In this document: positions 52,701-64,000 of the stretch, one piece after another
Layout: each line of letters opens with the position of its first letter
Numbering within the stretch: the stretch's first letter is position 1
Assembly (NCBI GenBank): GCA_030390025.1
Contig: CM059432.1
Coordinates: forward strand, 14,510,001 to 14,574,000
Direction: 5' to 3'
From: Squalus acanthias
Lineage: Eukaryota
Length of the DNA stretch: 64,000 nucleotides
The notes under the pieces: generated by a model
The model's database searches: none
Told to the model about the DNA's origin: nothing
Seen by the model: the letters and a program-made list of their open reading frames with translations, nothing else
Program-made: the position numbers and the translations under genes

Positions 52701-55700
52701 AGAGGATGTTTCCCCTCGTCAGGGAATCTAGAACGAGGGGGCATAATCTCAGAATAAGGGGTCGCCCATTTAAGACGGCGATGAGGAGGAATTTCTTCTC
52801 TGAGGGTTGTGAATCTCTGGAATTCTTTTCCCCAGAGAGCTGTGGAAGCTGAGTCACTGAATATATTCAAGGCGGAGATAGACAGATTTTTGAGCAACTG
52901 GGGGAGTCACGGGTTATGGGGAGCGGGCAGGAAAGTGGAGTTGAGGCCAAAATCGGATCAGCCATGATCTCATTAAATGGCGGAGCAGGCTCAAGGGGCC
53001 AAATGGCCTGCTCCTGCTCCTATTTCTTATGTTCTTTGTTTCTTTACTTGTCCCATTATCATTCCCTTTTGCTCGCACCATCATCCCTTTTGTCATTTAA
53101 TCACTCCTTCCTTTCACCCTCTCAGACCTACCCTTTTGTTCTTTTCTCACCTTGCCCTGCTTTCCCTGCCTCTGTACTTGCTTAAAACCTGTCGCATCTC
53201 TAACCTAGCTAGTCAGGAGGCTGGGAACCTAAGTGTGGGCCCAGAACAGAGAGAAACAAAGCTGGAAGTGCAAGTTAGAAAAGTAGTCAGCAAAACTAGT
53301 AGGGAGCAGAAACAAAGGCCAACAATAAAGAGGGACAAAGTGCAGAAAAATATTAAACAGGCAAAGTTGAAGGCACTTTATCTAAATGCACGTTGCATTC
53401 GCAACAAGGTGGATGAATTAATGGCACTAATAGAAGTAAATGGGTATGATGTAATTGCCATTATAGAGACATGGTTGCAGGGTAACCAAAGCTGGGAACT
53501 GAATGTTCCAGGGTACTCAACATTTAGGAAGGACAAAAAGGAAAAGGAGGTGGCGTAGCACTGTTAATAAGGGATGAGAATGGTACGGTAGAGATAAAAG
53601 ATCTTGGCTTGGCAGATCGTGATGCAGAACTGGAATCAGTTTGGGTGGAGCTAAGAAACAGCAAAGGGCGGAAAACATTGGTGGGAGTTGTGTATAGGCC
53701 ACCAAACAGTAGTGGTAATGTAGGGCACAGTATCAATCAAGAGATTAGAAGTGCATGTAACAAGGGCAATACGGTAATCATGGGGGACTTTAATCTACAT
53801 ATTGACTGGGCAAATCAAATTACCACTAATGGTGTGGAGGACGAATTCTTGGAATGCATGCGAGATGGTTTCCTGAATCAGTATGTGGTGGAACCAACCA
53901 GGGAACATGCTATTCTGGATCTGGTACTGTGTAATGAGAAAGGGCTAATCAATAATCTTGTGGTAAAGGGGCCTTTAGGGACAAGTGACCATAATATGAT
54001 TGAATTTACATCAAGTTTGAGAGTGATGTAGTCCAATCTGAAACTAAAGTCTTCAATCTAAACAGAGGAAACTACAAGGGTATGAGGGACAAGTTGGCCA
54101 TGGTAGATTGGGAGACTACACTAAAAGGTATGAAGGGGGACATACAATGGCTAACATTCAAGGAAATAATGCATAATTTGCAACAAACATATATTCCTCT
54201 AGGGCATAAAAACCCAAAAGGAAAAGTGATCCAACCATGGCTAACAAAAGAAATTAAAGCTAGTATTAAGTCAAAGGAGGAAGCTTATAAAGTTGCCAGA
54301 AAAAGCAGTCAGCCTGAGGATTGGGATCTTTTTAGAAATCAGCAAAGGGGGAACCAAGAAATTGATAAAGAAAGGGAAAATGGAATATGAGCACAAACTA
54401 GCGAAAAATATAAAAACGTATTGTAAAAGCTTCTATAGGTATGTGAAAAGGAAAAGACTGGCGAAGGTAAATGTAGGTCCTTTACAGTCAGAGACGGGAG
54501 TTAGCCTAACATCTGTGGTGGGTAAAATTTTGGAGTCTATTATTAAGGAGACAGTAACGGAACATTTAGATAAACAATAGGACAAAGTCAGCATGGCTTT
54601 ATGAAGGGGAAGTCATGTCTGACAAATTTGCTTGAGTTCTTTGCGGACATAACGTACAGGGTGGATAAAGGGGAACCAGTGGACGTAGTGTATTTAGACT
54701 TCCAGAAGGCATTCGACAAGGTGCCACATAAAAGATTATTGCTCAAGATAAAAAATCACTGGATTGGGGGTAATATTCTGGCATGGGTGGAGGATTGGTT
54801 ATCTAACAGGAAGCAGAGAGTTGGGATAAATGGTTCATTCTCGGACTGGCAACCAGTAGCCAGTGGTGTTCCGCAGGGGTCGGTGCTGGGTCCCCAACTC
54901 TTTACAATCTATATTAACGATTTGGAGGAGGGGACCGAGTGTAACATATCAAAGTTTGCAGATGATACAAAGATGGGAGGGAAAGTAGAAAGTGAGGAGG
55001 ACATAAAAAACCTGCAAGGGGATATAGACAGGCTGGGTGAGTGGGCAGAGATTTGGCAGATGCAATACAATATTGGAAAATGTGAGGTTATGCACTTTGG
55101 CAGGAAAAATCAGAGAGCAAGTTATTATCTTAATGGCGAGAAACTGGAAAGTACTGCAGTACAAAGGGATCTGGGGGTCCTAGTGCAAGAAAATCAAAAA
55201 GTTAGTATGCAGGTGCAGCAGGTGATCAAGAAGGCCAACAGAATGTTGGCTTTTATTGCTAGGGGGATAGGGGATAGATTATAAAAACAGGGAGGTATTG
55301 CTGCAGTTATATAAGGTATTGGTGAGACCGCACCTGGAATACTGCATACAGTTTTGGTGTCCATACTTAAGAAAAGACATACTTGCTCTCGAGGCAGTAC
55401 AAAGAAGGTTCACTCAGTTAATCCCGGGGATGAGGGGGTGGACATATGAGGAGAGGTTGAGTAGATTGGGACTCTACTCATTGGAGTTCAGAAGAATGAG
55501 AGGCGATCTTATTGAAACATATAAGATTGTGAAGGGGCTTGATCGGGTGGATGCGGTAAGGATGTTCCCAAGGATGGGTGAAACTAGAACTAGGGGGCAT
55601 AATCTTAGAATAAGGGGCTGCTCTTTCAAAACTGAGATGAGGAGAAACTTCTTCACTCAGAGGGTAGTAGGTCTGTGGAATTTGCTGCCCCAGGAAGCTG

Positions 55701-58700
55701 TGGAAGCTACATCATTAAATTAATTTAAAACAGAAAGAGATAGTTTCCTAGAGGTAAAGGGAATTAGGGGTTACGGTGAGCGGGCAGGAAATTGGACATG
55801 AGGCTGAGTTCGGATCGGTCAAGGCCCTGTGGGTGGCGGAGCGGGCCCAGGGGCTGATTTGCCGGGTCCTGCTCCTACTTCTTGTGTTCTTTAGATTTGA
55901 GGTTAGGATCAGATCAGTCATGATCTTATTGAATGGCGGAGCAGGCTCGAGGGGCCGATTGGCCTACTCCTGCTCCTATTTCTTATGTAATTTATAATGG
56001 GGAATGAGGAAACGGCAGAGAAATTAAATAAATACTTTGATTCTGTCTTCACGGAGGAAGACACAAAAAACCTCCCAGAAATACGATAAAACCAAGGGTG
56101 TGGTGAGAATGAGGAACTTAAAGAAATTAGTAAAAAAACAGCACTAGCAAAACTAATGGGACTAAAAGTTAATAAATCCCAAGGACCGGATGACCTACAT
56201 CCAAGGGTTTTGAAAGAGGTGGCCATTGGGATAGTGGACGCATTGGTTGTCATCTTCCAAAATTCTATAGATTCTGGAACGGTTCCTGCAGATTGGAGGA
56301 CAGCAAATGTAACCCCGCTATTTAAGAAAGGAGGGAGAGAGAGAAAACGGTTAGCCTCACAGTAGTTGGAAAATGCTGGAATCTATTATAAAGGATGCAA
56401 TAACTGGGCACTTAGAAACTAATAGTAAGATTGGGCAGAGTCAACATGGATTTATGAAAGGGAAGTCCTGTTTGACAAACCTACTGGACTTCTTTGTGGA
56501 TGTAACTAGTGGAGTAGACAAAGGGGAACAGGTAGATGCGGTGTATTTGGATTTTCAGAAGGCCTTCGATAAGGTCCCACACAAGAGTGTGGTGAACAGA
56601 ATTAGGGCACATGGAATTGGTTGTAATATACTAGCATGGATTGAGAATTGGTTAACAGACAGAAAACAAAGAGTAGGGATAAACGGGTCTTTTGCAAGAT
56701 GGCAGGCTGTGACTAGTGGGGTACCACAAGGATCGGTGCTTGGGCCCCAGCTATTCACAATCTATATCAATGATTTGGATGAGGGGACTAAATGTAACAT
56801 TTCCAAATTTGCTGATGACACAAAGCTAGGTGGCAGTGTCAGTTGCAAAGAGGCTTCAAGGGGATCTCGACAGGCTCAGTGAGAGGGCGAGAACATGGCA
56901 GATGGATTATAATGTGGATAAATGTGAAGTTATCCACTTTGGTAGAAAAAACAGAAAGGCAGAGTATTTCCTAAATGGTGAAAGATTGGGGAATGCAGAT
57001 GCTCAAAGAGACCTGGGTGTCCTTGTACATGAGTCACTGAAAGTGAATGTGCAGGTGCAGCAAGCCATTAGGAAGGCAAATGGTATGCTGGCCTTCATTA
57101 CAAGAGGATTTGAGTACAGGAGTAAAGAAGTCTTACTCCAATTATATCAGGCCTTAGTGAGACCACACCTGGAGTACTGTGTACAACTTTGGTCTCCTTA
57201 CCTAAGGAAGGATATACTTGCCATAGAGGAAGTACAACGAAGGTTCACGAGATTGATTCCTGGGATGGCGGGACTGTGGTATGAGAAGAGATTGAGTAAA
57301 CTAGGACTGTATTCTCTTGAATTCAGAAGAATGAGAGGGGATCTCATTGAAGCATACAAAATTATTACAGGGCTTGATAGGATGGATGCTGGGAGATGTT
57401 TCCCTTGGCTGGGGATTGTAGAACCAGGGGCCACAGCCTCAGGATAAAGGGTAGGCCATTCAGAACTGAGATGAGAAGAAATTTCTTCACACAGAGGGTG
57501 GTGAATCTTGGGAATTCTCTACCCCAGAGGGCTGTGGAGGCTCAGTCATTGGGTATATTCAAAACAGAAGTCGATAGATTTCTGACTAGTAAGGGCATCA
57601 AGGGATATGGCGATAGGGCCGGTGAATGGAATTGAGGCAGAAGATCAGCCATGATTTCATTGAACGGCGGAGCAGGCTCGAAGGGCCTACTCCTGCTCCT
57701 ATTTCTAATGTTCTTAGCCAGCTCGGACGAAAGGCCAACGACCTGAAACGTCAACTCTGTTTCTCTCGCTAAAGATGCTGCCTGACCTGCTGAGTATTTT
57801 CAGCATTTTCTGTTTTTATTCCACAATTATTTTTACTGGGGAATAAAATGCCCCCAAGTAAATCAAATGTCTAATGTCCAAAATGAGATATGGTATTAAT
57901 CAAGTTAAAATAATTAAATTACATATTTCACAATAAGATTACATTTAACCATTGAATTCTCTTTTTTTTTTTAACGTTTTCAATGCCTCGAAGGCTTCAG
58001 CCTCGCCAAAGTCCTGGACTTGAAGTTCTCGTTACTGCCGAGTGTTGTGACATTGTGAGCACAATTTGTATTGTGTAGTCTGAGCATAACCAACGTATCT
58101 CATTTTCCAGGATGCATCAGTGCCGTTCAATCTGCTGTACTGGATAGCAAATGTTCTACTTCACTTGTTAGGTTTTAATTATACAGTGTGATTTTGTAGG
58201 TGGCAGGTGTAAAAAGTTCTAATGCAACCATGTTATATTAAGAATATAAGAAATAGGAGCAGGAGTCGGCCATTCGAGCCTGCTCCGCCATTCAATGAGA
58301 TCATGGCTGATCTTCTGCCTCAACTCCATTCACCGGCCCTATCGCCATATCCCTTGATGCCCTTACTAGTCAAAAATCTATCGACTTCTGTTTTGAATAT
58401 ACCCAATGACTGAGCCTCCACAGCCCTCTGGGGTAGAGAATTCCAAAGATTCACCACCCTCTGTGTGAAGAAATTTCTTCTCATCTCAGTCCTGAATGGC
58501 CTACCCTTTATCCTGAGGCTGTGGTCCCTGGTTCTAGACTCCCCAGCCAAGGGAAACATTCTCCCAGCATCCATCCTATCAAGCCCTGTAATAATTTTGT
58601 ATGCTTCAATGAGATCCCCTCTCATTCTTCTGAATTCAAAAGAATACAGGCCTAGTTTACTCAATCTCTTCTCATACCAGTCCCGCCATCCCAGGAATCA

Positions 58701-61700
58701 ATCTCGTGAACCTTCGTTGCACTCCCTCTATGGCAAGTATATCCTTCCTTAGAGACCAAAATTGTACACAGTACTCCAGGTGTGGTCTCACTAAGGCCCT
58801 ATATAATTGGAGTAAGACTTCTTTACTCCTGTACTCAAGCCAGCATACCATTTGCCTTCCTAATGGCTTGCTGCACCTGCACATTCACTTTCAGTGACTC
58901 ATGTACAAGGACACCCAGGTCCCTTTGAGCATCTGCATTCCCCAATCTTTCACCATTTAGGAAATACTCTGCCTTTGTTTTTTTCTACCAAAGTGGATAA
59001 CTTCACATTTATCCACATTATATTCCATCTGCCATGTTCTCGCCCACTCACTGAGCCTGTCGAGATCCCCTTGAAGCCTCTTCACATCCTCCTCGCAACC
59101 GACACTGCCACCTAGCTTTGTATCATCAGCAAATTTGGAAATGTTACATTTAGTTCCCTCATCCAAATCATTGATATAGATTGTGAATAGCTGGGGCCCA
59201 AGCACCGATCCTTGTGGTACCCCACTAGTCACAGCCTGCCATCCTGCAAAAGACCCATTTATCCCTACTCTTTGTTTTCTGTCTGTTAACCAATTCTCAA
59301 TCCATGCTAGTATATTGCCCCCAATTCCATTCGACCAGCTCAGGAAATCAGATGATTTGAAAAGCTGAAGTTCAGGTGGCCCTAGATGGTGACAGACCGG
59401 GCAACCTGAACCTGACCCGCTATTACTACAAAAAAAAATCCTGAGTTGATAGTCATGTTGATCTCACAGATGGACATATCAATTCTTGGGATTGCAGCCC
59501 TAGCTTGGGCTACTTGTGTGGAATAAACACCTGCTACATCATAGCTTGCCATATCCAGAAAGGGGTGCAAAAACCTCTATTATGCAAGACAGTCTATGTT
59601 GCTTCCATATACTCAATGCAGCTTCTGGTCCCACTCCATGAGCTGTTACAAAGAACTGTGTTGTCAATCAAAAATGTCTTTGATCCACAAGGGAGTGGCA
59701 GGCACTCAACATCATTTAGGTAAACTAATTTACAGAACAGATAATTGTCATACAACTTCAGACTTTTAAAATCAAAGCTTGGCTTCACCTAACCACTAAT
59801 TCTTCATTTTGATCTTTCGCTCCTTTCCTCCTCCTTTCAACCATAATCATTTTCCCCTTGAGGTTTCACGACAGTAAAAAAAAAATAATCTACATTAACT
59901 GGTCTAAACCGTTTGCATAGTACTCTTCCCAAGTCGAACTCATTATCCACATTCTAGTGACATTGGTTTGATTACTCCAACTGAACTTTTCACCTAGTAT
60001 TCCAAGATAATCGTAAATTCACAATCAACTTTGTGGTTAACCTTTATATGTAGAGAATATGGTAATACAGAAGCAACAGAACTTTGATATCCCAGAATTG
60101 GTCACAGACTCGAATATTTATCACATTAAATTCAGGAGTGCACAAATTAAATGCAATGAAATTGTGACAATAATTCCATGCCAGATTACCCAAATGTAAG
60201 CAAGTTATAACTTTACAATAGGGCTCGTAGATACCTTTATTACATGTGGGTGGTTGCAAATAGATTCACAACAACAACAACTTACATTTATATAGTCCCT
60301 TTAACATAGTAAAAGGTCCCAAGGTGCATCACAGGAGAGTGAACAAAATTTGACATCAAGCCACATAAGGAGATATTAGGGTAGATGCTTGGTCAAAGAG
60401 GTAGGTTTTAAGAAGCATATTAAATGAAGGAAAGAGGTTTAGGGAGAGAATTCCAGAGTTTAAGATCTCAGCAGCAGAAGGCACGGCCACCAATGGTAGA
60501 GCGATTAAAACAAAAAAAATCGACATGGAGTCAAGTCCTTGGAGAAAGTAATGGAAAGATGCTACTGTCTATTATCCCCTTCCCACTTCTAGTATTGCCA
60601 CTAAGCTTATCTAATACCACAGGGAAATAAAAATCCGAGGCCAAGCAAGTGCACCGTGTTGACACTCTCCTGCGGCACATCACTGCTGCTGTAGTTCCCA
60701 AATGTTTTTTTGCAGACACACGAGCCGGTGTTTTGACGGGTGAAATCTGTTAATTGTTCCACTGGGAGTTCAGTGCAGTGTGAAAACTGACAGGAGCCTG
60801 GCAAGGTTGAAATGCGTGTCCCCGACGGGTGGTGGTGCACAGACCGTGGGTATGTGTTTGCGCGTGAGTGAACTCGGGTCACAGGCCAGGGGGGCACGGG
60901 GGGGCACAGGAGGGTCAGACCCCTGGCCAGTGAAAGACTTGCATTTATATAGCACCTTTCACGACCACCGGACGTCCTGAAGTGCTTTACAGCCAACAAA
61001 GTACTTTTTGAAGTGTAGTCACTGTTATAATGTAGGGAAACGCGGCAGCCAATTTGCGCACAGCAAGCTCCCACAAACAGCAATGATAATGACCAAATAA
61101 TCTGGTTTTTTTTTTAAAGTGATGTTGATTGAGGGATAAATATTGGCCAGGACACCGGGGATAACTCCCCATCTCTTCGAAATAGTGCAATGGATCTTTT
61201 ACGTCCACCCGACAGAAAGTAGACAGGGACTTGATTTAATGCCTCCTCCGAAAGACAGCACCTCCGACAGTGCAGCATTCCCTCAGCACTGCAGTGGAGT
61301 GTCATAAAATCATAAAATGATAACAGCACAGGAGGCCATTTCGCCCATCAAGCCCGTGCCGGCTCTCTGCAAGAGCACTTCAGCTAGTCCCACCCCGCCG
61401 CCCTGCAAATTTTTTTCCTTCAGGTACTTGTCCAATTCCCTTTTAAAAGTCATGATTGAATCTGCCTCCACCACCTTCTCAAGCAGTGCATTCCAGGTCC
61501 TAACCACTCGCTGCGTAAAAAAGTCGCCTTTGGTTCTTTTGCCAATCACCTTGAATCTGTGTCCTCTGGTTCTCGACCCTTCTGCCAATGGGAACAGTTT
61601 CTCTCTATCTACTCAGTCTAGACCCCCTCATGATTTTGAATATCTCTATCAAATCTCCTTTCAACCTTCTCTGCTCCAAGGAGAATAACCCCAGCTTCTC

Positions 61701-62561
61701 CAGTCTGTCCAGGTAACTGAAGTCCCTCATCCCTGGAACCATTCTTTTAAATCTTTTCCGCACCCTCTCAAAAGGTCTTCACATCCTTCCTAAAGTGCGG
61801 TGCCCAGAATTGGACACAATACTAGAGTTGAGGTCAGACCAGTGTTTTATAAAAAAGGTTCATCATAACTTCTTTGCCTTTGTACTCTATACCTCTATTT
61901 ATGAAGCCCAGGATCCCGTATGCTTTTGTAACTGCTTGGTCAACCTGCCCTGCCACCGTTAATGATTTGTGCACATACACCCCCAGGTCTCTCTGTTCAT
62001 GCACCCCCTTTAGGATTGTACCCTTTAGTTTATATTGTTAGCTTAGATTTTTTTTTTGTGCTCAAGTCGATGGAATGGGACTTGAACCCATAACCTTCTA
62101 ACTGAGTGTCGAGAGCGCGACCCACTGGCTGACATCTTTTATCAGACCTTTCCCCCCAGTCCCAGACCAACATAAACCCGGGAATAAACAGAGAGCGCGC
62201 CCCCACCCCTCCGGAGTACAGCCGGGGCCTGGGGCCTCCTCCCTCGGTCAAGCCGCTCTCCCCCTTGCACAGACACGCACGTACCGACGGTGGATTTGCA
62301 GGCCTCGCTGAACGTGTCGTCCGTGAAGCGCTCCATCAGGCTGGTCTTGCCCACGCCGCGGCTGCCGATGATGATGACCTGCAGCTTGTAGTCGGCCGGC
62401 CGGGGCGGCGGCCTCCGGCGCCGGGAGTTGGCGGGGCTGCGGCCGGGGCTCGGCGGGGCCCCGCCGGTGGAGAGGCTGTTGGCCGAAACCGACCTGGAGT
62501 TGGAGCTCAGGCCGCCACCGCCGCCGGCCCCTCTCCTCTTCGGTACGGCTGTCCGATCCAT
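34612..62561 (-). CDS. RAB12: Ras-related protein Rab-12, spliced CDS of 6 exons (783 nt, 260 aa)
   Basis: Exons of 277+61+139+90+105+111 nt join in frame. Product has G1 GSRGVGKT, G3 WDTAGQ, G4 GNKLD, G5 EASAK, C-terminal CC prenylation motif and RAB12-specific segments ([36 protein letters not shown]). All introns end AG; donors are GT except intron 5 (GC). Confidence 0.97.
35769..35873 (-). CDS. RAB12: RAB12 exon 5 ([35 protein letters not shown])
   Basis: 105 nt, acceptor ccttAG, donor AAG|GCAAGT (GC type); SAK motif. Confidence 0.95.
37188..37277 (-). CDS. RAB12: RAB12 exon 4 ([30 protein letters not shown])
   Basis: 90 nt, acceptor acacAG, donor GTAAGA; NKxD motif. Confidence 0.97.
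38062..39547 (+). mobile_element. Penelope-like element, 5'-truncated: RT C-terminus + GIY-YIG endonuclease + pLTR
   Basis: Open frame ~38062-39147 with FRYIDD, thumb ([18 protein letters not shown]), CxxxxCxx[18 protein letters not shown]...RFAEH and GLN motifs; 3' terminal repeat; 8-bp TSD GACCAGTT (38054-38061 / 39548-39555). Confidence 0.93.
39413..39449 (+). ncRNA. Minimal hammerhead ribozyme motif (PLE family 1), canonical GUC site
   Basis: AGTT-CTGATGA-A-AGGTC(ATC)GACCT-GAAA-C-GTC-AACT: stem I, core, stem II, GAAA and loopless stem III. Confidence 0.8.
40385..40850 (-). mobile_element. Deu-domain SINE, full length
   Basis: Same family. Confidence 0.82.
41381..43028 (-). mobile_element. 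Young CR1, 5'-truncated, with an open 391-aa RT C-terminal frame
   Basis: ORF 41614-42789 is uninterrupted; one nonsense codon just upstream (GK*CLTN). Confidence 0.93.
43084..43222 (-). CDS. RAB12: RAB12 exon 3 ([46 protein letters not shown])
   Basis: 139 nt, acceptor cttcAG, donor GTAATG; switch II region. Confidence 0.97.
45330..45390 (-). CDS. RAB12: RAB12 exon 2 ([21 protein letters not shown])
   Basis: 61-nt exon, acceptor ttatAG, donor GTAAGT; not in the ORF track, translated by hand. Confidence 0.96.
48335..49876 (-). mobile_element. Young CR1 (~48510-49710) nested in an older CR1 tail
   Basis: Insert is nearly identical to 41381-42570; host tail resumes at AATGACTCAGC. Confidence 0.9.
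50960..53035 (+). mobile_element. Cluster: CR1 fragment (~50960-51400), L2 3' end (~51705-52165), CR1 3' fragment (~52395-53035)
   Basis: Family peptides in ORFs 50943, 51590, 52411 and 52670. Confidence 0.8.
53036..53205 (+). mobile_element. Penelope family 1 pLTR-internal fragment
   Basis: Matches the reverse complement of 30500-30650. Confidence 0.6.
53210..57715 (+). mobile_element. Long degraded CR1 ORF2 with a nested younger CR1 (~54501-55988)
   Basis: Endonuclease (53340-54030) and RT (56150-57635) of the host are separated by an insert ending in its own tail; host text GAGACGGGAG|AATTTATAATGGGG rejoins. Confidence 0.9.
57716..57822 (+). mobile_element. Penelope pLTR fragment (family 1), degenerate hammerhead (CGGACGA)
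   Basis: Similar to 39411-39520; abuts a CR1 3' end. Confidence 0.75.
58237..59330 (-). mobile_element. CR1 3' fragment, inverted close relative of 56610-57715
   Basis: Shared diagnostic peptides ([44 protein letters not shown]). Confidence 0.9.
60933..62134 (-). mobile_element. Deu-domain SINE split by a CR1 3' fragment (61304-62035, minus)
   Basis: SINE body 60933-61303 resumes at 62036-62134; the insert encodes a CR1 ORF2 C-terminus (RTRGHRFKV). Confidence 0.8.
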
Positions 62562-62690
62562 CGGCCTCGCTCAATCGCCGCCGTCTCCTTCCTCACACCA
62601 ACAACAAGCAGCAGCCTCGGTCAGGCTGAGCCAGCTGACTCCTCCAGTATCCCACATGGCACTGCGAGGGCCGCCTGACGTCATGGCCAA
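62170..62690 (-). promoter_or_regulatory. CpG island / RAB12 promoter with full CRE palindrome TGACGTCA at 62676-62683
   Basis: Sharp rise in GC and CpG over exon 1 and its upstream region; perfect CRE ~115 nt upstream of the ATG. Confidence 0.8.
62285..62561 (-). CDS. RAB12: RAB12 coding exon 1 ([10 protein letters not shown]...ACKSTV G)
   Basis: Contains the P-loop GSRGVGKTS; donor G|GTACGT at 62284; phase 1 matches exon 2. Confidence 0.95.
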
Positions 62691-63815
62691 CAACAACAAC
62701 AACTTGTATTTATAGAGCGCCTTTAAATATTTTTATTCAAATACAATAACACCCGTACAACTCATCAATTACATAGTAAATCATTACATTCATCCATCAC
62801 AGTAAAAAATAAAGCCTTGAAAAGAGCCTTATAGTTAATATAAATGCAATGATTAATTTTACAAATAATCAATAATGTTTACAGTACAAATACCCTTAAA
62901 CAATACCACACAACTTTTTAGATTTAAAATAATAAATCTCAAAGTTAACTCCACAAAAAACAAAAACCATTTCTACACCACAGTGTACAAACACATAGCA
63001 CCATCATAATCCAATTAAATGCGACATAACATTTATTCCAATAAACCAAGAAAAAACCCGTTTTACGCCAGTCCTACTGGCATTGTTCGTTCGATCATTC
63101 GATCATTCATTCAAGCGTTCGTTCGTTCGATCGAGCGTATATAGAGCGCCTTTAACGTAGTAAAACGTCCCAAGGCGCTTCACGGGAGTGTTTTAAGACA
63201 AAAAAATTGACACAGAGCCACATAAGAATAAATTAGGGCAGGTGACAGGTAGGTTTCCCTGCCTCTGCACTTGCTTATAAACCTGTTCCATCTCCATTTT
63301 TTCCAGTTCTGACGAAGGGTCATCGACCTGAAACGTTAACTCTGTTTCTCTCTCTCCACTAGATGCTGCCTGACCTGCTGAGTATTTCCAGCATTTTCTG
63401 TTTTTGTTTCGGATTTCCAGCATCCGCAGTATTGTGTTTTTGTAGTAGGTTTTAAGGAGCGTCTTAAAGGAGGAAAGCGAGGCGGAGAGGTTTAGGCTGG
63501 GAATTCCAGAGCTTAGGGCCTCGGCAACAAAAGGCACGGCCACCAAAGATTGAGCGATTATAATCAAGGATGCTCAAGAGGGCAGAATTAGAGGAGCGCA
63601 GATATCTCGGGAGGTTGTGGGGCTGAAGGAGATCACAGAGATAGGGAGGGGCGAGGCCATGGAGGGATTTGAAAACAAGGATGAGAATTTTGAAAACGAG
63701 GCGCTGCTTAACCGGGAGCCAATGTAGGTCAGCGAGCTCAGGGGCGATGGGCGAACGGGACTTGGTGCGGGTTAGGACACGGGCAGCCGAGTTTTGGATG
63801 ACCTCAAGTTTACAT
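62688..63815 (-). mobile_element. L2 3' fragment with two nested insertions (62727-63139; 63257-63444)
   Basis: Collinear with 13146-13672 after removing the inserts. Confidence 0.85.
63257..63444 (+). mobile_element. Penelope pLTR fragment (family 1) inserted in L2; hammerhead motif at 63305-63341
   Basis: TSD GTAGGTTT (63249-63256 / 63445-63452); AGTT-CTGACGA-A-GGGTC-ATC-GACCT-GAAAC-GTT-AACT. Confidence 0.85.
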
Positions 63816-64000
63816 GAATATGAATATTAAATAGCACCCCCCACCTCCCCACCTTTCAACCAAAGTTGTCCAAACTTGGGTGGAGAACCAGATGACACAG
63901 ATTTAAGGTGATCGGCAGAAGGACCAAAGGCGACGTGAGGAAAAACCTTTTTACGCAGCGAGTGGTTATGATCTGGAATGCACCGCCTGAGAGGGTGGTG

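Noticed and set aside
59376..59395. CTCF-like GGCCCTAGATGGTGAC
   Set aside because: Lacks the 5' CC at the correct spacing; weak match.
1782..61688. Recurring ORFs such as [12 protein letters not shown]...LCPLVLD
   Set aside because: Antisense frames of CR1 ORF2, repeated because the element is repeated.
62562..62684. N-terminal extension of RAB12 from upstream in-frame ATGs
   Set aside because: In-frame TGA at 62571-62573 blocks it; kept only as a uORF.
62248..62715. Extra ORFs overlapping RAB12 exon 1 (62248-62574, 62265-62678, 62428-62715)
   Set aside because: Stop-poor GC-rich shadow frames of the CpG island; no recognisable domains.

Overview
Vertebrate nuclear DNA, most likely a cartilaginous fish (shark), judged from the repeat families present. 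One protein-coding gene is clear: RAB12 on the minus strand, with 6 coding exons (62561 to 34612) giving 260 aa, a CpG-island/CRE promoter, a candidate uORF and a non-canonical GC-AG intron 5. Roughly half of the window is retrotransposon-derived: many CR1-type LINE fragments (some very young, nested or inverted), L2 LINEs, a third LINE family, Deu-domain tRNA SINEs and DNA-transposon MITEs. Most notable: (1) two families of Penelope-like elements whose terminal repeats carry minimal hammerhead-ribozyme motifs (nine motif copies, with target-site duplications, fold-back architecture and one compensatory stem change), including a 5'-truncated copy with an open RT/GIY-YIG frame; (2) a ~2.5 kb non-repetitive block (27.4-29.9 kb) of decayed, protein-like reading frames with a SAM-binding-like motif, a candidate endogenous viral element; (3) an unclassified 413-bp insertion in the RAB12 promoter. 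Repeat boundaries were read by eye and are approximate; no database searches were run.
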